DNA from: Microgenomates group bacterium
GTDB lineage: Bacteria; Patescibacteriota; Microgenomatia; UBA12405
Direction of reading: 5' to 3'
DNA: 64,000 bases
Assembly: GCA_049303675.1 (NCBI GenBank)
Contig: JBAQNJ010000001.1
Span: 278,994-342,993 of the forward strand
Made by a program: the position numbers and the translations under genes. This document shows, one piece after another, positions 54,773 through 60,259 of this stretch (positions within the stretch are counted from its first letter, which is position 1; each line of letters opens with the position of its first letter). The notes beneath the pieces were generated by a model. That model was given only the letters and a program-made list of their open reading frames with translations, was not told where the DNA came from and made no database searches.

Positions 54773-55615
54773 ATGAGAACAATTTGGCTTAGCTTTCTTT
54801 TCTTTATTTTTTCACTTTCGCAGGTCTTTGCTCAAAATATTCCCAATCCCACGAGCTATGTTAATGATTACGCCAATGTTTTATCTGATCAGTTTGAAGC
54901 CCAATTAGACCAGCAAATATCCGATTTTCAAAAGAAAACTTCTATTGAAATCGCAGTAGTCACGGTTGCCTCCCTCGATGGCACCACTGTCGATGATTAT
55001 GCGGTCAAGTTGTTTGAGAAATGGGGCATTGGTCAGGCCAAAAAAGATAATGGCTTATTATTTCTAATTGCCCCAAATGAAAAAAAAGTCCGCCTTGAAG
55101 TCGGTTATGGCTTGGAAGGCACTATCACCGATGGTCGTGCTGGAAATATTCTGGACACTCAGGTACTGCCAGAATTCAAAAAAAATGATTATGAAGCCGG
55201 AGTCAAAAACGGTGTCGATGTGCTAATTTCTTACCTCAATGATCCTTCCTCTATCCCCGCCACCACTTCTGATTTACCATCAGAGTCTACCATCACTTGG
55301 CTAATGATAATTTTATTTTCCGGTCTGCCAATTTATTTTCTGTCCTATCTTAGCCGCTCTCGGGAAATCACTACTGGCGCTATTGTCGGAGGTCTTATTG
55401 GTTACTTAATATACGGCTTTATTTTTGCCATTATTTTGGGTATTTTTGGACTAATACTTGACCTAATTCTCTCTCGCAATTACAAAAAATTTACCTCGAT
55501 GGGACTATCGACTAGTTTTTGGAAAAGTCGTGGTGGTTTTGGCGGTGGGGGAGGTGGATTTGGAGGTTTTGGTGGAGGGGGTAGTGGCGGCGGCGGCTCG
55601 TCGAGAGGTTGGTAG
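54773..55615 (+). CDS. TPM-domain (YgcG-like) protein with Gly-rich C-terminal tail
   Basis: YVNDYANVLS...IAVVTV...GLLFLIA...VRLEVGYGLEG is a TPM domain. It is followed by TM helices and a GGFGGGGGGFGGFGGGGSGGGG tail. The LemA-TPM pairing is typical. Confidence 0.8.
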   Translation: MRTIWLSFLFFIFSLSQVFAQNIPNPTSYVNDYANVLSDQFEAQLDQQISDFQKKTSIEIAVVTVASLDGTTVDDYAVKLFEKWGIGQAKKDNGLLFLIAPNEKKVRLEVGYGLEGTITDGRAGNILDTQVLPEFKKNDYEAGVKNGVDVLISYLNDPSSIPATTSDLPSESTITWLMIILFSGLPIYFLSYLSRSREITTGAIVGGLIGYLIYGFIFAIILGIFGLILDLILSRNYKKFTSMGLSTSFWKSRGGFGGGGGGFGGFGGGGSGGGGSSRGW

Positions 55616-55727
55616 CGCTAGTGTCATTCCCGCGCCGTGTCAGTCTGTAGCTTTAGCGTAGGATGATAGGTGGGAATCTATTAAATTTATTTGTCCTATT
55701 CATAAATCTTAAATCGTATATCTTAAA

Positions 55728-56816
55728 TCAAAAATTTATCTCCCGTGTCGTCTCATCCACATAGCTAAAATTAATCGGTATATAGTTAGTTATTTTTTTT
55801 AATTTATTTAGGTATTCTTCACCCATATTTTCCGGCCACTCAATACAGGCAACTAGCTCTGAGCTTGTCGAAGGGAATTGTTCCAAAAATTTTATTTCCT
55901 CAAATTCATATTTATTTCCCAATCTATACAAATCAAAATGTAAAAATTTCTTGCACTGATAACTGTTCACTGATAACTGTTCACTGATTAAATATTCATT
56001 ATAAATTACAAACGTCGGGCTAGTTATTTTTTCCTTTACCCCGAGTAGTTGTCCTATCTTTCGGGAAAATACAGTCTTTCCACAACCTAGGTCTCCGCTC
56101 AATCCAAACACTAGAGGTTTTCTCTCCCTTGTTAAAGGGAGAAGCGGCGTAGCCGAGAGGGATTTGTTCAACAAAAATTCAGCAATTTTCTCCGTTTCCT
56201 TTTCCGATTTAGAAATTAGTGTTTGGGATTTCCCCACTATCAAGTCTCCCCGTCTGAGGATTTTTATCTCCGGTTCAGTGGCGTCAATTACTGTCGATGG
56301 TTTGTTCCGTGGTAATTTACCACTGTCCACCATCATATCGATCATCATCAATTTTTTCTGGGACAGAGTTTTTACAAAGCTTGCCAGTGAATAGTGGGGA
56401 GTCCGTCCCGACAGATTCGCTGACGTCGCCGTCACTGGCCCTCCCACCGCCTTCACCAGATCCATTATCCATTGGTTATCCGGTATTCGTATTCCCAATG
56501 TCCCATTTTCCGCCTCTATACCCTTGGCCACCTTATGTTTGCCCTCCGACACAATCGTAAAAGGTCCGGGTAGCAAGTTTGCATAAATATTTTCTGCATT
56601 TTCACTCAGTTTTACAAAATCTTGTGCCATTTTTTTATCTGCTACAGCTATCGATATCGCCTTCCCCGTCCATCTGTTTTTAAATGCGAGAAGTTTATCT
56701 GTTGCGCTCTGGCTTCTCGGATCTACCGCCAAAATGTACACCGTATCACTCGGGAATATTACTAGCCCACCATCTTTTATTATTCTGGCCGCCTTTTCAA
56801 TATCCTCGACTTTCAT
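55728..56816 (-). CDS. Fusion of a Sua5/YrdC (TsaC) domain and TsaE
   Basis: N-terminal half: FPSDTVYILAVD, LPGPFT, TATSANLSG, STVID, ILRRG (YrdC fold). C-terminal half: GDLGCGKTVFSRKIG, SPTF, HFDLYRL, IEWPE (TsaE). Confidence 0.8.
   Translation of the reverse strand: MKVEDIEKAARIIKDGGLVIFPSDTVYILAVDPRSQSATDKLLAFKNRWTGKAISIAVADKKMAQDFVKLSENAENIYANLLPGPFTIVSEGKHKVAKGIEAENGTLGIRIPDNQWIMDLVKAVGGPVTATSANLSGRTPHYSLASFVKTLSQKKLMMIDMMVDSGKLPRNKPSTVIDATEPEIKILRRGDLIVGKSQTLISKSEKETEKIAEFLLNKSLSATPLLPLTRERKPLVFGLSGDLGCGKTVFSRKIGQLLGVKEKITSPTFVIYNEYLISEQLSVNSYQCKKFLHFDLYRLGNKYEFEEIKFLEQFPSTSSELVACIEWPENMGEEYLNKLKKITNYIPINFSYVDETTREINF
55955..55989 (+). repeat. Tandem heptamer array ACTGATA ACTGTTC ACTGATA ACTGTTC ACTGATT
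   Basis: Read directly. Lies inside the TsaE module, translated as ISEQLSVNSYQ. Confidence 0.85.
56118..56165 (+). repeat. REP-like element, long form (copy I, inside the TsaE module)
   Basis: TTTCTCTCCCTTGTTAAAGGGAGAAGCGGCGTAGCCGAGAGGGATTT. Translated on the minus strand as SLSATPLLPLTRERKP just before the P-loop strand. Confidence 0.9.
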
Positions 56817-56832
56817 GGGGATATTCTATCAC

Positions 56833-57246
56833 TTAAGGGTTAGATTTTTGAGCTTCTTCCAATAACACCTTCGACACCCTCTCAAGTCCCCACATCTGAA
56901 TTTGATAAAGACTTACATCTGTTGTTACCGCGCCTGTTAAAAACCCTCTGTCAAATTCTTCCTTTGCTACTTCTGAGCAATGAAGGGCAAAACCAGCTAG
57001 AGCCAAATCGGGATTTAATTTATTTACTTGATCATAAATTGTCAGCGCTACTAGATCATCGTTTCCACTTTGATATTCGAGTTTCATACCAGTTTCTTGT
57101 ACTCTCAGGCTATTCACCAGATCTAAAGTAATTTCTCTAGCTGTCTCCAAACCAATTTTTTCTGGAGTAGCTTTTTCAAATTTTTCTCTCAAACCATCAT
57201 CTGTTAAAAGCCTTTGATTTAACTTGCTACTTCCTTCGTTAAACAT
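56833..57246 (-). CDS. Hypothetical protein
   Basis: 137-aa ORF. TAATAT + 7 nt + ATG. Confidence 0.35.
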   Translation of the reverse strand: MFNEGSSKLNQRLLTDDGLREKFEKATPEKIGLETAREITLDLVNSLRVQETGMKLEYQSGNDDLVALTIYDQVNKLNPDLALAGFALHCSEVAKEEFDRGFLTGAVTTDVSLYQIQMWGLERVSKVLLEEAQKSNP

Positions 57247-57305
57247 TTTTTTATATTAAATTTTTAATCTGCCCTCATTATATTTCATTTCTCTCCCATG
57301 TCAAA

Positions 57306-57725
57306 ATGTTAAACTCTCTTATGTCCAAGTATGCAATACCACTTTTCATTTGTCTTATTCTTACAAGTCTTATCTATAGTCAGAAAAATAATTTTTCCTC
57401 GGGCAACCGCTATTACTCGACTTTGCAACAGTGGTATTCGTTTGCCCAAACAGGGGACTGGGTAAGTGCTGATCGTCTCGCCACTCGTCTTGATCCAGCC
57501 GACATTGCTCACTATCGTTCACTTTATCATCCCGACGAATTAAAAAAAGATATAAATACCCTGATGTTGGCGCCCCAAAAATCCGTCGAGGATTGGATAG
57601 AATTAGCCCGTATTCAGGCAATCTTAGGCAAAGGCAGTGAGTCACTCGAATCTTTGTCCCGGGCTCATTCTCTCGACCTCCTGCGCGACGACATTAGTCG
57701 TCTCTATTACCAGACCAAAAAATAA
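57306..57725 (+). CDS. Hypothetical protein with N-terminal anchor
   Basis: 139-aa ORF, helical, possibly TPR-like. Confidence 0.35.
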   Translation: MLNSLMSKYAIPLFICLILTSLIYSQKNNFSSGNRYYSTLQQWYSFAQTGDWVSADRLATRLDPADIAHYRSLYHPDELKKDINTLMLAPQKSVEDWIELARIQAILGKGSESLESLSRAHSLDLLRDDISRLYYQTKK

Positions 57726-57771
57726 CTCCCAAAAGTTTTTACTTTTGTCTTTTGTTTTTAGGATTTAGAAT

Positions 57772-58488
57772 TTATTTATCTTTCTCTTCTTTCTTTTTCT
57801 CCTCCGCCTTCTTGGCATCATCTGCCGCCTTTTCTTCTTCTGTCTTTTGGTTCATAGCTGGGGCGACCACTACTTCAGTCGTCTCTTCTACTACTGGTTC
57901 GACTTCTACCTTAGGTTCTTCGACTTTGACCACTACTTGTTCTGGATCATTTTTAATTTCGATTTTACTTCGATCAACAATTAGGTCAGCTACCGTAATT
58001 TCTGAATCTAGGGTCACTAGTTTTGCCAAATCAACCTCAATTTTTTCTGGTAAATCAGTTGGTAGTGCTTCGACCTCAATTTCGTTCACTGCTTCCACCA
58101 GTACATTTCCTAGTTTTACTGCCTCCGATTCGCCCACAAATTCAATCGGGACGAAGGTGGTAATCTTTTCTTTCAGGTTCACTTTATAACAGTCAATATG
58201 AGTCATTAGTCCGGTGACAGGGTGATATTGGGGGTTACGGAACAATATTGGCAATGCTTTTCCATCTAGTTCTAGTTCTACTAGTCCTGATTCTCCCGCA
58301 TGGGCAAAAATTGCGGCCATTTCTTTTTCATTTATTTGAATTGAAACAGGTTCAAATCCGTGTCCATAGACACTTGAGGGCATTAATCCCTGTTTGCGTA
58401 GTTGGCGGACTTTTTTACCAGTAATTGTTCGGACACTAGCGGACAGTTTTGATTTTTCTTTGGTCATATTATTCTTGGAAGCCTTCAC
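57772..58488 (-). CDS. rplY: Ribosomal protein bL25 (Ctc form) with K/E-rich C-terminal extension
   Basis: LSASVRTITGKKVRQLRKQGLMPSSVYGHG N-terminus and a two-domain Ctc-like length. Confidence 0.85.
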   Translation of the reverse strand: MKASKNNMTKEKSKLSASVRTITGKKVRQLRKQGLMPSSVYGHGFEPVSIQINEKEMAAIFAHAGESGLVELELDGKALPILFRNPQYHPVTGLMTHIDCYKVNLKEKITTFVPIEFVGESEAVKLGNVLVEAVNEIEVEALPTDLPEKIEVDLAKLVTLDSEITVADLIVDRSKIEIKNDPEQVVVKVEEPKVEVEPVVEETTEVVVAPAMNQKTEEEKAADDAKKAEEKKKEEKDK

Positions 58489-58579
58489 CCACTAACTCGG
58501 GGCTAACTCAACCATAGCAAGGACTGTGTCACGCCATAGCTTTGCGTCGGCGGACTGAGGCTATTCTAGCACAAATTAT

Positions 58580-58780
58580 TTATATTGTTATAGTAAAGAT
58601 TCCCCGTCCATATGTTTTTCTTGTATCTGTTTCTTCTTCTTTTTGAGGAGGAGTTACGTATCCCTCAGGCATTTCAACTCTTGCAGTTACTTGTGTTGAT
58701 ACAGGTGTAAAACCATCTTTCTTCACGATAGCTTTCCTCTCAGCAACTTTATTTGAAAATTCTTTCCATAATATCTTCAT
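58580..58780 (-). CDS. Hypothetical small protein
   Basis: 66 aa. TGATATAAT + 7 nt + ATG. Confidence 0.3.
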   Translation of the reverse strand: MKILWKEFSNKVAERKAIVKKDGFTPVSTQVTARVEMPEGYVTPPQKEEETDTRKTYGRGIFTITI

Positions 58781-58805
58781 GTCCTATATTATATCATTTA
58801 TTTTT

Positions 58806-59426
58806 TTAATTACAATTCAGTGCCTTCTTGTATCCCGCCGCTATTGCCTCAGCTTCAGTGCAAAACCATTGATCTCCCAAGTCAGTTTCAATATCGGTAT
58901 TGGTATAACCCTTGCATTTTGGTAGCACAAATATTTTTTCATTTTCTCGATTATTACCCTTAATTAGGCACTTGGGATTATTCAGATTAGTCGTCTCTAC
59001 GCACTTTCCATAAATCCCTAACTTATTTTTTTCTGCCACATTATCAATTTCACTTATTTGCTTATTGTCACCCTGACTAACATATCTTACCCAGCCACTT
59101 CTGGCCATTTCTTCGTTGAGCATTTTATTGTCAATCCAAGCAGTTGTCAGTAGTCGTCCAAACTTATCATTTGTTTTCCCAACTATCTTTATCTTTTTAT
59201 TTAGAGTCAGCTTCTCCATTTCATTTTTTGCTTCTTCGAATCCACACAATCCTTTCTCTGGCGCGTCAATATTTGCGAGGCGTATTTCTTGGTTATTATC
59301 AACCACCAGTGTGTCTCCATCGATAACTCTTTGGACTGTATACAGCTTTTCCTTATTTATATTTTTTCCAATTCCTACTCCCACACCAATACATACCAAT
59401 ATTGCCAACACAACTTTCCAATTCAT
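58806..59426 (-). CDS. Thermonuclease (SNase) family protein, membrane-anchored
   Basis: VIDGDTLVV....IRLANIDAPE and the RYV..G pattern of staphylococcal nuclease homologues. Confidence 0.8.
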   Translation of the reverse strand: MNWKVVLAILVCIGVGVGIGKNINKEKLYTVQRVIDGDTLVVDNNQEIRLANIDAPEKGLCGFEEAKNEMEKLTLNKKIKIVGKTNDKFGRLLTTAWIDNKMLNEEMARSGWVRYVSQGDNKQISEIDNVAEKNKLGIYGKCVETTNLNNPKCLIKGNNRENEKIFVLPKCKGYTNTDIETDLGDQWFCTEAEAIAAGYKKALNCN

Positions 59427-59429
59427 ACT

Positions 59430-59693
59430 CTAGTACACCTCCTCATGTTTGCCAATTTTTAATAAATATATAGTACCTTTTTCAATTGACAACAAAATTC
59501 TGATTGATTTATTAACTGAAATTGAATACCATTTTGTTCCTGACAACTTATGCAGCCTGAGGCTTGGATGATCTACATCATGTTCGAGAAGATCTACTAT
59601 TTTTCTAATTTTAACTACATACTTTCGATTGTGTCGAGTTAAATTTCGAAGCTGCTGATCAAATTTGTTTCCGAATACAATTTTGTACACCAA
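59430..59693 (-). CDS. RelE/ParE-fold toxin
   Basis: HPSLRLHKLSGTKWYSISVNKSIRILLSIEKGTIYLLKIGKHEEVY pattern. Lies 6 nt after the antitoxin ORF. Confidence 0.7.
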   Translation of the reverse strand: MVYKIVFGNKFDQQLRNLTRHNRKYVVKIRKIVDLLEHDVDHPSLRLHKLSGTKWYSISVNKSIRILLSIEKGTIYLLKIGKHEEVY

Positions 59694-59699
59694 CTAACA

Positions 59700-59936
59700 C
59701 TATAGACTCTTGAAATAGTTGTCAATATCTTTCTTGTTTTTTAATACAAAGCCCTTACCAGCCTTCCTCTCAGCTTTTGCTTCTGACAATAATTGATCAA
59801 GCTCTGACTCCATCAAAGTTTTTCGTAGTGATGATCTAACCAGATCACTAAACGAGGCATAATAGCCCTTTTCTATTTCTTTTTCAGCCAAAGTCTTTAA
59901 TGCCTTCGGTAGCGATATATTAATTGTACTAATCAT
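59700..59936 (-). CDS. Ribbon-helix-helix (ParD/CopG-like) antitoxin
   Basis: INISLPKALKTLAEKEIEKGYYASFSDLVRSSLRKTL is RHH-like. TGCTAATAT + 6 nt + ATG. Confidence 0.65.
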   Translation of the reverse strand: MISTINISLPKALKTLAEKEIEKGYYASFSDLVRSSLRKTLMESELDQLLSEAKAERKAGKGFVLKNKKDIDNYFKSL

Positions 59937-59973
59937 GTATGAATATTAGCATAATTGACACATGAAGACAATG

Positions 59974-59982
59974 TGTTACAAT
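59974..59982 (+). promoter_or_regulatory. Extended -10 promoter (TGTTACAAT) of the Trp leader transcript
   Basis: 6 nt upstream of the leader ATG at 59989, the same geometry as other leaderless genes here. Confidence 0.6.
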
Positions 59983-59988
59983 ATCCCA

Positions 59989-60060
59989 ATGAAATTAAAC
60001 ATCTCTACAATCTGGTGGCGAGAATCTAGCCCAAGTGCGGGAGATATTAATTTGTCATAA
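59989..60060 (+). CDS. Trp-rich leader peptide MKLNISTIWWRESSPSAGDINLS
   Basis: Tandem TGG TGG at 60013-60018 in the context WWRES (E. coli TrpL: [14 protein letters not shown]). Followed by alternative antiterminator/terminator helices. Confidence 0.65.
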   Translation: MKLNISTIWWRESSPSAGDINLS

Positions 60061-60092
60061 GTTCTAGTTTTTCCAAAAATATCAATCCCGCA
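60036..60092 (+). promoter_or_regulatory. Antiterminator helix of the Trp attenuator
   Basis: TGCGGGA-GATATT (60036-60048) pairs with AATATC-AA-TCCCGCA (60078-60092): 7 + 6 bp with a 2-nt bulge. It competes for the terminator 5' arm. Confidence 0.6.
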
Positions 60093-60109
60093 ACTGCGGG
60101 ATTTTTTTT
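60084..60109 (+). terminator. Intrinsic terminator (attenuator) upstream of tRNA-Trp
   Basis: AATCCCGC-AACT-GCGGGATT followed by a T8 run. Confidence 0.8.
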
Positions 60110-60184
60110 CGTTTAAATAGGTCTAAATTTCAAACGAAGTGAAAAAATTTTGCCTATTTACACAATCCGCCTCTGGCGGAGTTT

Positions 60185-60257
60185 GGGTGGATAGTTCAGT
60201 TGGTTAGAATGCTGGTCCCCAAAACCGGCGACAATGGTTCAAGTCCATTTCCACCCA
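60185..60257 (+). tRNA. tRNA-Trp (anticodon CCA), G1-C72, A73
   Basis: Manual cloverleaf: acceptor GGGTGGA/TCCACCC, D arm GTTC-AGTTGGTTA-GAAT, anticodon stem CTGGT/ACCGG, loop CCCCAAA, T arm AATGG-TTCAAGT-CCATT, discriminator A. No encoded CCA. Confidence 0.85.
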
Positions 60258-60259
60258 CT

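Noticed and set aside
55530-55615. G-rich run (GGTGGTTTTGGCGGTGGGGGAGGTGGATTTGGAGG...) considered as a DNA repeat or G-quadruplex element
   Set aside because: It encodes the Gly-rich C-terminal tail typical of TPM/YgcG-family proteins, so it is a coding low-complexity region.
55617-55727. GTCATTCCCGCG ... GGTGGGAATC imperfect inverted repeat after the TPM gene, considered as another repeat family or small RNA
   Set aside because: It is a single copy with imperfect pairing and a long loop, and I found no second instance in the window. The evidence is insufficient.
57730-57759. AT-only hairpin CAAAAGT-TTTT-ACTTTTG plus a T-rich tract between convergent genes, considered as a terminator feature
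   Set aside because: The stem has no G/C-rich core, so it is too weak to call with confidence.
60200-60259. Track start (TTG 60200) of the ORF after tRNA-Trp
   Set aside because: The first 20 codons are the tRNA-Trp gene itself. The ATG at 60260 is used instead.
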